Source: an uncultured Burkholderiales bacterium (GTDB lineage Bacteria; Pseudomonadota; Gammaproteobacteria; Burkholderiales; Burkholderiaceae_D). Taken from it: 64,000 nt of DNA. Where the stretch lies: NCBI GenBank assembly GCA_966211965.1, contig CBIHON010000017.1:3482-67481 (forward strand), in the 5' to 3' direction. Below the pieces are notes generated by a model that saw only the letters and a list, made by a program, of their open reading frames with translations, was not told the DNA's origin and did not search any database. The position numbers were made by a program, and so were the translations under genes. Position 1 is the first letter of the stretch. Every line of letters starts with the position of its first letter. Below are positions 49,652-60,127 of this stretch, piece after piece.

Positions 49652-49960
49652 ATGATGAGCGCCAATAATTTGTCGGACGATCCCGCCTACGACCCTAATC
49701 ATTTGCTGGATGTCCTGATTGAAAAACTCCATTTGAAGAATGACGCCGCGCTGTCGCGCATGCTGGAGGTAGCGCCGCCGGTGATCAGTAAGATCCGCCA
49801 CCGCCGCCTGCCGGTGGGCGCCTCCATGTTGATCCGGATGCATGAGGAGAGCGGCTTGAGTGTGCGTGAATTGCGTGTCCTGATGGGCGATCGGCGCGAT
49901 AAATTCCGCATCAGCCCGGAGCAGTTCAAACCCAAAACGCCGCCCGCCGAGCAATCCTGA
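49652..49960 (+). CDS. Small HTH DNA-binding protein (102 aa), possibly prophage-derived
   Basis: Strong RBS AAAGAGGAGATA before the ATG. LSRMLEVAPPVISKIRH resembles a helix-turn-helix. Confidence 0.5.
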   Translation: MMSANNLSDDPAYDPNHLLDVLIEKLHLKNDAALSRMLEVAPPVISKIRHRRLPVGASMLIRMHEESGLSVRELRVLMGDRRDKFRISPEQFKPKTPPAEQS

Positions 49961-49998
49961 TATTGAGCTGGAAGCAGCTTGCCGGCGCGGCAGGCAGC

Positions 49999-50151
49999 TT
50001 ATCCGGTTCGACCATCCCGCGCGATGGCCGCCAGTTCCCAGCCGAGCCTGCGGCGGATTTCTTGCATTGACGGGGGAACCCGGTGTTCGGCTTGGCGCTG
50101 TGCCATGTAGTGCCGGATTCGCTCTTTGGTCGGTTGCTTGATGTTGTCCAT
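49999..50151 (-). CDS. Candidate 50-aa winged-helix protein resembling the LexA N-terminal DNA-binding domain
   Basis: Manual translation gives MDNIKQPTKERIRHYMAQRQAEHRVPPSMQEIRRRLGWELAAIARDGRTG. A GGAG lies 7 nt upstream of the ATG. It falls below the 60-aa cutoff of the ORF track. Confidence 0.3.
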   Translation of the reverse strand: MDNIKQPTKERIRHYMAQRQAEHRVPPSMQEIRRRLGWELAAIARDGRTG

Positions 50152-50341
50152 TGCTCATCTCCTGATAAGAGGAAGCGTCATGATTCGCGGATCGCGAAAG
50201 GACCCGCCACAGAATTGAGTAGCGCCAGGAAGGGCGGCGGTTCAATTGCTTGGCGGTTTGTGATTTCCTTCGGTCGAGGAAAGGGATGAATCGGCTACCG
50301 CGCGTTCTTGCGCAGGAACGCCGATCGGTGCCCCAGCGGCG

Positions 50342-50884
50342 CTATTTCACCTGTTGCTTTTCGAGCTTGCGGGCCAGTGTGCGGCGATGCATTCCCAGGC
50401 GGCGGGCGGTTTCCGAAATATTGAAACCGGTTTCCGCCAGGGTTTGATGGATGCGCTCCCATTCGAGCGTTTTGATGGATGTCGAGCGGTTGGTCAGCTC
50501 GACTTCGCTGGTGCCGGCGACATGGCCGAAGGCCGCTTCGATATCGTCGGTATTCGATGGTTTGGCCAGATACTGGCAAGCTCCCAGCTTGATGGCTTCG
50601 ACCGCCGTGTTGATGCTTGCGAATCCGGTCAGCACCACGATCAGCATCTTCGGAGAATGCTTGTGCAGCGCCTGCACGCAAGCCAGGCCGGAGGTGTTGC
50701 CGTCCAGTTTCAGGTCGACGACGGCGTGGGTGGGGGTATGCTGCTGCAGCAGGCCGAGCACATCGTCCAGGCTGGAGCCGACCAGCACGGCATAGTTGCG
50801 CCGCTCGAACGAGCGCGCGAGCGTACGTGCGAATGCGGCGTCGTCTTCCACTATCAGAAGCAGGCGGTCAGATGGCATCGTCAT
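50342..50884 (-). CDS. Response regulator with Fis-type C-terminal HTH (RegA/PrrA/ActR/RoxR family)
   Basis: ORF 50342..51097. The internal start MTMPSDRLLLIVEDD is preceded by GAGGAGG. A receiver domain is followed by ETGFNISETARRLGMHRRTLARKLEK. Confidence 0.85.
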   Translation of the reverse strand: MTMPSDRLLLIVEDDAAFARTLARSFERRNYAVLVGSSLDDVLGLLQQHTPTHAVVDLKLDGNTSGLACVQALHKHSPKMLIVVLTGFASINTAVEAIKLGACQYLAKPSNTDDIEAAFGHVAGTSEVELTNRSTSIKTLEWERIHQTLAETGFNISETARRLGMHRRTLARKLEKQQVK

Positions 50885-52214
50885 TTTCCTCCTCAAGCGC
50901 GATTGCGGCGAGCGGCAAGGCAAGTTCGACGACCGCGCCGCCTTCCGGGCGGTTGCGTGCCGCAGCAGTGCCGCCCAAGGTGCGCACGACGTTGACGACC
51001 AGGAACAATCCCAGCCCGCCGCCCGGCCGCCCCTTGCTGGATTGGTAGGGCTTGCCGAAGTTAGCCAGCATTGCCGACATGAAACCAGGCCCGGCATCGG
51101 TCACCACCAGCCGCAGTGTATCCGCCTCGCGCATTGCCTCTAGCTTAACCCATTGCGGCGATGCTTCAAGTGCGTTGTCGAGCAGATTGAAAATCGTCTG
51201 CTTGAGTGCGGAGTCGAACACCACGGGAAGATCTTGATGGATGTGGTCCTCATAGCGGAATTCGTTGACCGGCCGGCTCCCGGACCATTCCTCGGCAAGT
51301 TTTCCCAAAAAAGCGCGGATGGTGGTTTTTGCAGAGAATTCGCCGCGCGTCTCGCCTGCCGAGAGCAGGATTCCGGTAACGATGCTCTTGCAACGCTGCA
51401 ATTGGGTCTGCATCTCTGCGATTTCTTCCTGCATCACCGAATTGTTTGCGAATTCCGGCATGCGCCGCCAGTCGCCTAGAATCACGGCCATCGTTGCCAT
51501 CGGGGTGCCGAGTTCATGCGCGGCGCCCGAGGCCAGCAGCCCCATTCGCACGATATGTTCTTCTTCGGCGGCGCGCTGGCGCAAGTCGGCCAGTTGCGCA
51601 TCGCCGGCCCGCAGGTTGCGCGTAATGCTCGTGATGAGGAAGACCAGCAAACCTGCGTTGAGCAGGAAGCAGATCAACATGCCCTGGACATACAGGGTGG
51701 GGAAGCTGTCGCGATATTCGGCCAGCAGTTGCAGCGGTTTTGAAAACAGGGACAATCCTGCGAGGCAGGTGCTGGTAATGGCGACGATCGTCCAGGTTGC
51801 CCACACGTCAAGCAGTACGGCGGAAAGGATTACCTGCAGCAGATAAAGAAACGCAAACGGATTGGTTGTGCCGCCGCTGAAATATAACTGGGCTGTCAGG
51901 CTGGCGACATCGACCAGCAACGCAAGAAACATTTCGCGGTTGGTGACAATCGGATTCTCGTGCCAGCGCAAATGGCTGCCGATGTTGAACGCAATCAAGC
52001 ATGCCAGCACGGCGATCATCTGCGGCAACGGCAGATGAATGCCGAGGCCGAGGGAAACCACGGCAATCGTCGTGATCTGGCCGGCGACCGCGATCCAGCG
52101 CAACCGGATCAGGTACAGCATGTTCTTGTGTCCGGCCGTATAGCCGATGTTCAAGGCAAGGGATTGCCCCTTCATGCCGTTCTGCTGATCAATGGTTTCC
52201 GTGTCGATCGCCAT
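50868..52214 (-). CDS. Membrane sensor histidine kinase (RegB/PrrB/RoxS family)
   Basis: ORF 50868..52307. The internal start MAIDTETID leads into six TM helices, an H-box (GAAHELGTPMATM) and a HATPase_c domain (GGGLGLFLV). It overlaps the RR start by 17 bp. Confidence 0.85.
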   Translation of the reverse strand: MAIDTETIDQQNGMKGQSLALNIGYTAGHKNMLYLIRLRWIAVAGQITTIAVVSLGLGIHLPLPQMIAVLACLIAFNIGSHLRWHENPIVTNREMFLALLVDVASLTAQLYFSGGTTNPFAFLYLLQVILSAVLLDVWATWTIVAITSTCLAGLSLFSKPLQLLAEYRDSFPTLYVQGMLICFLLNAGLLVFLITSITRNLRAGDAQLADLRQRAAEEEHIVRMGLLASGAAHELGTPMATMAVILGDWRRMPEFANNSVMQEEIAEMQTQLQRCKSIVTGILLSAGETRGEFSAKTTIRAFLGKLAEEWSGSRPVNEFRYEDHIHQDLPVVFDSALKQTIFNLLDNALEASPQWVKLEAMREADTLRLVVTDAGPGFMSAMLANFGKPYQSSKGRPGGGLGLFLVVNVVRTLGGTAAARNRPEGGAVVELALPLAAIALEEENDDAI

Positions 52215-53064
52215 GTGCGCTGTTCCGGTGGCTGCTTTCCGATTTGGCGGCAATGGCAGTACGCGAACGCATACGCTTTTCTTCGCGCGCGGCCCAGAAA
52301 GCCGCACCGGCCACCATCAATGCGAGAGCATACCAAGTCAATGCATAGGCGAGGTGATTATTGTGAAACGAGATGACGGTCTGCCCTCCGATCGGCCGGC
52401 CGGGAACCGGGGGCGTTGACGCCGGTTCTTCCGCGGCATCGGCATCCACGAAATACGGCGCAACCTGCGACAGACCGCGTGCCGCTGCGATTGCCTGGAC
52501 ATCGCGCGAGTACCAGCGATTGCCGGCGGGATCGTTGTGGTGCAGAAAGGCGCCGCCAGGTTCGGTCATCCGCACCAAGCCGGTCACGGTCGTTGCATGA
52601 CCGGACCCATCGGGCGGTTTTCCAAGAGCAGCCGGCAGGTCTGCCACCGGAACGAAGCCGCGATTGATCAGCACCACGCTGCCGTCGTCGTCGCGCAACG
52701 GGGTCAACAGCCAGTAGCCGAAACCCAGCGCGGTGGTGGCCTGAACCGGCGTGGTTCGATCGTAGAGGAAGGTTCCGGAGGCGCGCACATGCCGGTATTC
52801 GTCCGTGGCCGCACGAACCTGCGGCCATTGCGCAGGAGCGGGTGCCGGCACAGGCGCCGCATGGACGCGGTGCTCCACGCGGTCGATCAACTCCAGCTTT
52901 TGTTGCAAACGAAAAAGCTGCCAGGTTCCGAGCGCGGCAAATGCGGCAAATGCCAGCATGGCGCACACGGCCAGCACAATCAGTGTGGCGCGTGAGCGGG
53001 GGCGGGTTTCTACATCAGACGAAGCCGAAGACGACGGCGCCTGCGGCCGGTCATGGCATGTCAT
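52189..53064 (-). CDS. SURF1-family cytochrome oxidase assembly protein
   Basis: Two TM helices flank a periplasmic domain (LTPLRDDDGSVVLINRGFVP). It lies immediately downstream of cyoD. The start is uncertain because the ORF overlaps cyoD by 14 bp. Confidence 0.7.
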   Translation of the reverse strand: MTCHDRPQAPSSSASSDVETRPRSRATLIVLAVCAMLAFAAFAALGTWQLFRLQQKLELIDRVEHRVHAAPVPAPAPAQWPQVRAATDEYRHVRASGTFLYDRTTPVQATTALGFGYWLLTPLRDDDGSVVLINRGFVPVADLPAALGKPPDGSGHATTVTGLVRMTEPGGAFLHHNDPAGNRWYSRDVQAIAAARGLSQVAPYFVDADAAEEPASTPPVPGRPIGGQTVISFHNNHLAYALTWYALALMVAGAAFWAAREEKRMRSRTAIAAKSESSHRNSAHGDRHGNH

Positions 53065-53470
53065 GTATCTGTTGCGAGGTGCCTGGCATCGGGGCCGGCA
53101 TCATGTTGTGATTCAGATGGTACATCACCCAGATCGAGCCGCTCAGTACGATGACGACCAGCACCACAGTGAAAATCAGCGCCAGCATCGACCAGCCTCC
53201 CTCAGAACGCGTGTTCATGTGCAGGAAGTAGACCATGTGCACGACGATCTGTACCGCGGCAAATATCAGGAGGACGAAGGCGGTAACGCTCGGCTTGACG
53301 AACACATTGTCCATCACCATCCAGAACGGAATCGCAGTCAGGATCACCGACAGGATGAAGCCGATCGCATAGCTTTTCAGGCTGCCGTGATCGGCATGAT
53401 CATCGTGGGCGTGATGGCCATGGTCGCCATGGCTGTCGTGATGCCCGGAGTGGTTGTGATGCTCGCTCAT
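53051..53470 (-). CDS. cyoD: Cytochrome o ubiquinol oxidase subunit IV
   Basis: ORF 53051..53551. The internal start [11 protein letters not shown]... leads into three TM helices (YAIGFILSVILTAIPFWMVM matches E. coli CyoD). The N-terminus is unusually His-rich. Confidence 0.85.
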   Translation of the reverse strand: MSEHHNHSGHHDSHGDHGHHAHDDHADHGSLKSYAIGFILSVILTAIPFWMVMDNVFVKPSVTAFVLLIFAAVQIVVHMVYFLHMNTRSEGGWSMLALIFTVVLVVIVLSGSIWVMYHLNHNMMPAPMPGTSQQIHDMP

Positions 53471-54107
53471 GGCAAGACTCCCATCAAATAAACAAAGGTG
53501 AACACGCCGATCCAGATAACGTCCAGAAAGTGCCAGAACATCGACAGGCACATCAGGCGGCGGCGGTTTTCCGGAATCAGGCCGTGGCGATTCAACTGAA
53601 ACAGCAAGGTCACGAGCCAGATAATGCCAAAACTCACGTGCAGGCCGTGCGTGCCGACCAGGGCAAAAAACGACGTCAGGAAGCCGCTGCGTTGCGGACC
53701 TGCGCCTTCATGGATCAGATGCGCGAATTCGGTTAATTCCAGGCCGACGAAGGCCAGGCCGAACAGCCCTGTGATGGCCAGCCATACCATTGTCGTGCCG
53801 AGTTTGGCGCGCTGCGAGGCCAGCATTGCGAAGCCATAGGTGATCGATGACAGCAGCAGGAATGCCGTGTTCACTGCAACTGTCGGCAATTCGAACAGTT
53901 CGACGCCCGAAGGGCCGCCTGCATAACTGCGGCCAAGAACTGCATAGGCGATGAACAGGCAGGCGAAGATCAGGCAGTCGCTCATCAGGTAGATCCAGAA
54001 TCCGAGCAAGGTGCCGTTTTCCGGATGGTGCTCACGCACGTGGAAGGGCATATGTGCGTCGGCATTCATGGCGCGAGCGGAATCGATAGCAATCTCAGAC
54101 ATGGGCA
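53467..54107 (-). CDS. cyoC: Cytochrome o ubiquinol oxidase subunit III
   Basis: Contains [24 protein letters not shown] (compare the E. coli [24 protein letters not shown]). Start is at MPMSE (54107) or MSE (54101). Confidence 0.85.
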
Positions 54108-56104
54108 TGGCCCTCCAGCATGCGAGTGCGAGCATTTTCCGTACGAACGACGTCGTTCGCCGGGATGTAATAGTCGCGTTTGTAGTTGAACGTATGGATG
54201 ATGGCGGCCGCGACGGTTGCGACGAAAGCCAGGCTTGCCACCAGCCACATTTGCCAGATCAAGGCGAAACCGACTACGCCAGAGAGGGCGGCAATCACGA
54301 AGCCTGCCGCGGTATTCTTCGGCATGTGGATTGCGATGAAGCCTTCCTTCGGACGTGTGTAGTTGCGTTGTTTCATGTCGGTCCAGGTGTCATTGTCATA
54401 GACGCGTGGGGTGAAGGCAAAGTTGTAGTCCGGCGGCGGGGACGACGTCGACCATTCCAGCGTGCGGCCGTTCCATGGGTCGCCGCTCACGTCGCGCAGC
54501 GCGTCGCGGCGCCTGTAGCTGACGTAGAACTGCACGAGCATGGAACCGATGCCGCAGGCAATCAGCACCGCGCCGAGCGCGGCGATCTGGAACCAGATCT
54601 GCAGCGACGGGTCGTCGAAGTGGCTCATGCGGCGCGTCACACCCATCAGGCCAAGCACATACAACGGCATGAAGGCGAAGTAGAAACCGACGACCCAGAA
54701 CCAGAACGAGCACTTGCCCCAGAATACGTCGAGCTTGTAGCCGAAGGCCTTCGGGAACCAGTAATTGATCGCTGCGAAGACGCCGAACACCACGCCGCCG
54801 ATGATCACGTTATGGAAATGCGCGATCAGGAACAGGCTGTTGTGCAGCACGAAGTCGGCCGGCGGGACCGCCAGCAGCACGCCCGTCATGCCGCCGATGA
54901 CGAAGGTCACCATGAAGGCGACGGTCCACAGCATCGGCAGTTCGTAGCGGATGCGGCCGCGATACATCGTGAACAGCCAATTGAAGATCTTCGCGCCGGT
55001 CGGGATCGAGATGATCATCGTCGTGATGCCGAAGAACGAGTTGACGCTGGCGCCGGAACCCATCGTGAAGAAGTGGTGCAGCCAGACCAGGTACGAAAGA
55101 ATCGTGATGACCACGGTCGCATACACCATCGAGGTGTAGCCGAACAGGCGCTTGCCGGAGAACGTGGACACGATTTCAGAGAATACGCCGAATACCGGCA
55201 GTACCAGGATATAGACTTCGGGATGGCCCCAGATCCAGATCAGGTTCACGTACAGCATCGCGTTGCCGCCCATGTCGCTCGTGAAGAAGTGCGTACCGAG
55301 CATGCGGTCCATCGATAGCATCGCCAGCACGGCGGTCAGCACTGGGAAGCTGACCACGATCAACACGTTGGTGCACAGCGAGGTCCAGGTGAACACCGGC
55401 ATCTTCATCATGGTCATGCCGGGCGCGCGCATCTTGACGATGGTCGCGATCAGGTTGACGCCGGATAGCAGCGTGCCGACCCCGGCAATCTGCAGTGACC
55501 AGATGTAGTAGTCCACCCCGACATCCGGACTGCCCATAATGCCCGACAGCGGGGGATAGGCCAGCCAGCCGGTGCGCGCGTATTCGCCGACGAACAGCGA
55601 AACCATCGTGAGTCCCGCGCCGAACGTCGTCATCCAGAAGCTGAAGTTGTTCAGGAAGGGGAAGGCGACGTCGCGTGCGCCGATCTGTAACGGCACGACG
55701 TAGTTCATGAGGCCCGTCACGAACGGCATCGCGACGAAGAAAATCATGATCACGCCATGCGCCGTGAAGATCTGGTCGTAATGGTGCGGCGGCAGGAAGC
55801 CAGCCTGATCGCCGAATGCAAGCGCCTGTTGGGTGCGCATCATCAACGCGTCGGCAAAGCCGCGCAACAGCATTACCAGTCCCAGCACCATGTACATGAT
55901 GCCGATTTTCTTGTGGTCGATGCTGGTGATCCAGTCGCGCCACAGCGGTCCCCACAGGCGAAAGCGCGTCAATCCGGCGAGGAGGGCGGCGCCGCCTATG
56001 GCAACCATGATAAAGGTGCCGATCAGGATGGGCTCGTGATAGGGAATCGCGTCCCAGCTCAGACGGCCGAAGATCAGCTTCGTCAGTTCGGTTTGGTCTT
56101 GCAT
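54095..56104 (-). CDS. cyoB: Cytochrome o ubiquinol oxidase subunit I (heme-copper oxidase)
   Basis: 669 aa with conserved haem/CuB histidine ligands and WFFGHPEVY-type motifs ([14 protein letters not shown]). Confidence 0.9.
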   Translation of the reverse strand: MQDQTELTKLIFGRLSWDAIPYHEPILIGTFIMVAIGGAALLAGLTRFRLWGPLWRDWITSIDHKKIGIMYMVLGLVMLLRGFADALMMRTQQALAFGDQAGFLPPHHYDQIFTAHGVIMIFFVAMPFVTGLMNYVVPLQIGARDVAFPFLNNFSFWMTTFGAGLTMVSLFVGEYARTGWLAYPPLSGIMGSPDVGVDYYIWSLQIAGVGTLLSGVNLIATIVKMRAPGMTMMKMPVFTWTSLCTNVLIVVSFPVLTAVLAMLSMDRMLGTHFFTSDMGGNAMLYVNLIWIWGHPEVYILVLPVFGVFSEIVSTFSGKRLFGYTSMVYATVVITILSYLVWLHHFFTMGSGASVNSFFGITTMIISIPTGAKIFNWLFTMYRGRIRYELPMLWTVAFMVTFVIGGMTGVLLAVPPADFVLHNSLFLIAHFHNVIIGGVVFGVFAAINYWFPKAFGYKLDVFWGKCSFWFWVVGFYFAFMPLYVLGLMGVTRRMSHFDDPSLQIWFQIAALGAVLIACGIGSMLVQFYVSYRRRDALRDVSGDPWNGRTLEWSTSSPPPDYNFAFTPRVYDNDTWTDMKQRNYTRPKEGFIAIHMPKNTAAGFVIAALSGVVGFALIWQMWLVASLAFVATVAAAIIHTFNYKRDYYIPANDVVRTENARTRMLEGHAHV

Positions 56105-56106
56105 GG

Positions 56107-57114
56107 TCAGTTATTGCGGAAAGTGGAGGTGGATTTGTTTGCCGGGATGTCGGAGGCAGCGGTCGTGCACATGCGCTCCGTCATCTCCTTGCTCAGGATG
56201 GCGTTGCGGGTGCGGTTGGCATCGGCAGACATGGTCTGGCTCATGCATGTGGTGCCTGGGGCAACGCAGCGATTGACGATGGCATCGTAGAGATTCTCGG
56301 CGACCTTCGCATAGCGATGCACGGGCTCGCGCTCGGTGGGTTTTTCCAGAGCAAGGTAATCGGCGCGGTTCAACGTGCCGCCGCCGGCTTTCATCTTTTG
56401 CACCCAGCCGTCGAATTCCGTGGCGGTCACGCCGTAGTACTTGAATCGCATATTGGAAAAGCCGGCGCCGCTATAGTTTGCGGAAAAGCCTTCGTACTGT
56501 CCGGGTTTGTTGAGAACGGCGTTGAGCGTGGTATCCATGCCCGGCATGGCGTAGATCTGGCCTGCCAATGCGGGAACATAAAAGGAATTCATCGCCGTCG
56601 AGGCCGTGATCTTGAAGCGGATTGGCACGTCTACCGGCGTGACCAGTTCGTTGACCGTCGCGATTCCCTGTTCGGGATAGATGAACAGCCATTTCCAGTC
56701 CAATGCCACGACCTGTACCAGCAAGGGCTTCGTCGCCGGCGGAACGGGACGGGTGGCGTCGATACGCTGCAGAGGGCGGTATGGATCGAGCAAATGGGTG
56801 TTGATCCAGGTCAGCAGGCCCAGGGCGATGATGATCAAGAGCGGCGCGCCCCAGATCACCAGTTCAAGCTGGGTCGAGTGATCCCAATCGGGGGCATACG
56901 TGGCCTTGGTGTTGCCTTTCCGGTAACGCCAGGCGAACAGCAAGGTGAGCGCAATAACCGGAACGATGATGAGCAGCATCAGCAAGGTCGACACGAAGAC
57001 CAGATGTGCCTGTTGTGTGGCGACGTCACCGGAGGGGTTCATCACCACGGTATTGCAGCCTGCCAGAAAAACAAGAAATAGCGGGAGAAGTCTGCGGTGG
57101 ATTAGCAAAAGCAT
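56107..57114 (-). CDS. cyoA: Cytochrome o ubiquinol oxidase subunit II (lipoprotein)
   Basis: 335 aa with a lipobox (LVFLAGCN), two TM helices and a cupredoxin-fold periplasmic domain lacking the CuA Cys ligands, as expected for a quinol oxidase. Confidence 0.9.
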   Translation of the reverse strand: MLLLIHRRLLPLFLVFLAGCNTVVMNPSGDVATQQAHLVFVSTLLMLLIIVPVIALTLLFAWRYRKGNTKATYAPDWDHSTQLELVIWGAPLLIIIALGLLTWINTHLLDPYRPLQRIDATRPVPPATKPLLVQVVALDWKWLFIYPEQGIATVNELVTPVDVPIRFKITASTAMNSFYVPALAGQIYAMPGMDTTLNAVLNKPGQYEGFSANYSGAGFSNMRFKYYGVTATEFDGWVQKMKAGGGTLNRADYLALEKPTEREPVHRYAKVAENLYDAIVNRCVAPGTTCMSQTMSADANRTRNAILSKEMTERMCTTAASDIPANKSTSTFRNN

Positions 57115-57348
57115 GAGTGAAAGTCAATAGCTTATATCAAGGATTGTCAACTTTACCCACTTTGCATGCTTTTTGCGATTGGACATATTGTCCTACCTGT
57201 GTGCAGAATACGGGAACAGGACGTACTTTACGCAAAATCGCTCCAGCAACCTTGCGCCCTCTTGTCGTACGTTCGCACACCTTGCCCGGAGCGGTTTTGC
57301 GTGTCAGTCTTGTGGAAAAGACTTGCAGGACCTTGTCAACAACAAGAG

Positions 57349-58705
57349 GAGACGCAACATGTCGAACGCGCATATCGACGCAACACATCTTTCCGCAGGA
57401 TTTTCCTCGGGCCGGAATGGAGACACCCGGCACGCAGATGCGGATCACTCACGGATTGCGCCCGGCGAAATTGCCATTGGCGTGATCATCGGGCGCGCCT
57501 CGGAATACTTCGACTTCTTCGTGTATGCGATCGCGTCGGTGCTGGTATTCCCGTCCGTCTTCTTTCCGTTTGAGCAAAAGCTGGAAGGCACCTTGTACGC
57601 CTTCCTGATTTTTTCTTTTGCTTTTATTGCCAGACCATTCGGCACCGTCCTGTTCATGGCCATCCAGCGATATTTCGGCCGGGAAACCAAATTGATGGCG
57701 GCAATGTTTTTGCTCGGGATATCGACCGCAGGCATCGCATTCCTGCCGACCTACGGCCGCCTTGGCTTCGGCGCGATCGTGCTGCTTTCGCTGCTGCGTA
57801 TCGGCCAAGGCATCGCGCTAGGCGGTTCCTGGGATGGCTTGCCGTCGCTGTTGGCGTTGAATGCGCCGCAGAACAAGCGCGGATGGTATGCCATGCTCGG
57901 GCAGCTGGGGGCGCCGACCGGATTTATCGTGGCGGCCGGATTGTTTTCGTATCTGCTGTCCAATCTGTCTTCGGCCGATTTCCTGGATTGGGGCTGGCGT
58001 TACCCCTTCTATGTCGCGTTCGCGATCAATGTCGTGGCGCTGTTCGCGCGTTTGCGCCTCGTATCGACCAATGAGTACGCGCGCTTGCTGGAAGAGCGCG
58101 AGCTGCAGCCGACCGAGATCACGGTGATGGTCCGCTCGCAAGGGCGCAACGTGCTGATCGGTGCGTTGGCGGCGCTGGCAAGCTATGCCCTGTTTCATGT
58201 TGTCACCGTGTTCCCGCTGTCATGGATTACCTTGTATTCGCAACGGTCGATCAGCGACTTCCTGGATATACAGATCATCGGCGCGGCGATTGCGGCGGGC
58301 GGTATCGTGGCTTCGGGATTGATCGCCGACAGGCTGGGCCGGCGCACCACGCTGGGTACCCTGGCGGCCCTCATTGCGGTATTCAGCGGTTTCGTGCCGC
58401 TGTTGATGGACGGCGGCGATCTGGGACAGACGATTTTCATCCTGCTGGGCTTCGCTCTGCTCGGGCTGTCCTACGGACAAGCAGCCGGCGCAGTCACCGC
58501 GAATTTCCAGGCCCGGTTCCGCTACACCGGCGCTGCGCTGACATCCGATCTCGCCTGGCTGGTCGGCGCCGGCTTCGCTCCTCTGGTTGCGCTTGGCTTG
58601 GCTGCGAATTTCGGTTTGGCTTATGTGAGTCTTTACCTCTTGTCGGGCGCCGCCGGTTCGCTTGCTGCGCTCAGTCTCAATCGAGCGCTGGAAATCAGGG
58701 ACTGA
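57349..58705 (+). CDS. MFS transporter, metabolite:H+ symporter (MHS) family
   Basis: ORF 57173..58705. The ATG at 57349 is preceded by AAGAGGAG. The architecture is 12-TM with the MHS-type motif GRASEYFDFFVY and GRETKLMAAMFLLG. Confidence 0.8.
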
Positions 58706-58924
58706 TAGGCTGTGAACGCCAGGCTCAGGGACTCACACGGGGCCGCTTGGCGTGATGTGGAAAATAAATGCGCGGGAGCCGCCGGGGATGGTGTGGCGGT
58801 ATGCACATCTGATCCGGAGTAGCTTGCAATACATGCTCGCGCCTTGGGTGCTCCGGCTTACGCCATAAATACAGTGCAAGACAGAAATAGAAAGGGGCTA
58901 CATTGCTGTAGCCCCTCGATATTT

Positions 58925-59001
58925 TGGTGGTGATAGGTGGACTTGAACCACCGACCCCAGCATTATGAGTGCTGTGCTCTAACCAGCTGAGCTATATCAC
59001 C
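58925..59001 (-). tRNA. tRNA-Met (anticodon CAT), elongator type
   Basis: Reverse complement GGTGATATAGCTCAGCTGGTTAGAGCACAGCACTCATAATGCTGGGGTCGGTGGTTCAAGTCCACCTATCACCACCA. It has a 7-bp acceptor stem, D-loop AGCTCAGCTGGTTAGAGC, anticodon loop CTCATAA and T-arm GGTTCAAGTCC; CCA is encoded. The sequence is close to E. coli metT. A hairpin plus T-rich tract lies downstream at about 58890-58925. Confidence 0.85.
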
Positions 59002-59182
59002 AAATAGCCCAAAATTATGGCGTTTTTGCCGGTGCCTGTCAAGAAGGAAGTGATTCAATTCCCTGTTTTTCTGCAGCCGAGGCATCCCAAAAACTGACCA
59101 GAGATCCAAAACTTGTCATTTTGTGCCGAAATTCGATCCTACTCCAGTTAGCTTGCGAAAAGCCATCCAAGCAAGCACAGTT

Positions 59183-60127
59183 TTATCTGCGCGCGGCACG
59201 CACCTGCCGCAAGGCTTCGGCCGCAGCATGATCGCCGGCACAATCGACGACGATCCGTTCCGGCATCGAGCGCAGCCAAGTCAATTGCCGTTTCGCCAAT
59301 TGCCGGGTCGCGGCGATGCCTTTTTCACGCAATGCCTGGCGATCGTAGGCGCCGTCGAGGAATTCCCATGCCTGGCGATAGCCGACGCAGCGCATCGACG
59401 GCAAGCCAAGGTGCAGGTCACCGCGCGCGCGCAGCGCCGCCACTTCCTCGATCAGGCCGCCGCCCGGTGCCTCCAGCATCGCGTCGAAGCGGGCCGCGAT
59501 GCGCGCATGCAGCACGCTGCGATCTGAGGGTTCCAGCGCCAGGGGCAATATGTCGAAGGGCAGTTCCGGTTTGGGGGTCTTGGCCAGCAATTGCGACATT
59601 GGCTGGCCGCTCAATTCGATGATTTCCAGCGCGCGCTGGATGCGTTGTGCATCGTTCGGTTTCAGGCGTGCGGCGGTCTCAGGATCGAGTTGGGCGAGTT
59701 TGGCATGCATGGCCGGCAAGCCGAGTGCCGCTGCTTCGGCGTCGAGCCGTGCGCGCAATGCCGGATCGGCTGCGGGCAGGACATCGAGCCCGTCTTTCAA
59801 TGCCTTGAAGTACAGCATCGTACCGCCGACCAGCAAGGGAAGTCTGCCGCGCGCCGCGATTTCGCCGACCAGGCGCAGCGTGTCTTCGCGGAATTGCATC
59901 GCGGAATAGGCTTCGCGCGGATCGATAATGTCGATCAAGTGATGCGGTACCTCGGCGCGTTCCCGCAGCGAAGGTTTGGCGCTGCCGATATCCATGCCGC
60001 GATACACCAGCGCGGAATCGACAGAGATGATCTCGGCGGGAATCTCGCGCGCGATTTCGAGCGCGGCAGCGGTCTTGCCGGACGCGGTCGGCCCCATGAT
60101 CGCGACGGCCAGTGTCTTGCGGCTCAT
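59183..60127 (-). CDS. miaA: tRNA dimethylallyltransferase
   Basis: ORF 59183..60577 with a spurious N-terminal extension. The true start is [19 protein letters not shown] (P-loop) at 60127. Confidence 0.9.
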   Translation of the reverse strand: MSRKTLAVAIMGPTASGKTAAALEIAREIPAEIISVDSALVYRGMDIGSAKPSLRERAEVPHHLIDIIDPREAYSAMQFREDTLRLVGEIAARGRLPLLVGGTMLYFKALKDGLDVLPAADPALRARLDAEAAALGLPAMHAKLAQLDPETAARLKPNDAQRIQRALEIIELSGQPMSQLLAKTPKPELPFDILPLALEPSDRSVLHARIAARFDAMLEAPGGGLIEEVAALRARGDLHLGLPSMRCVGYRQAWEFLDGAYDRQALREKGIAATRQLAKRQLTWLRSMPERIVVDCAGDHAAAEALRQVRAARR

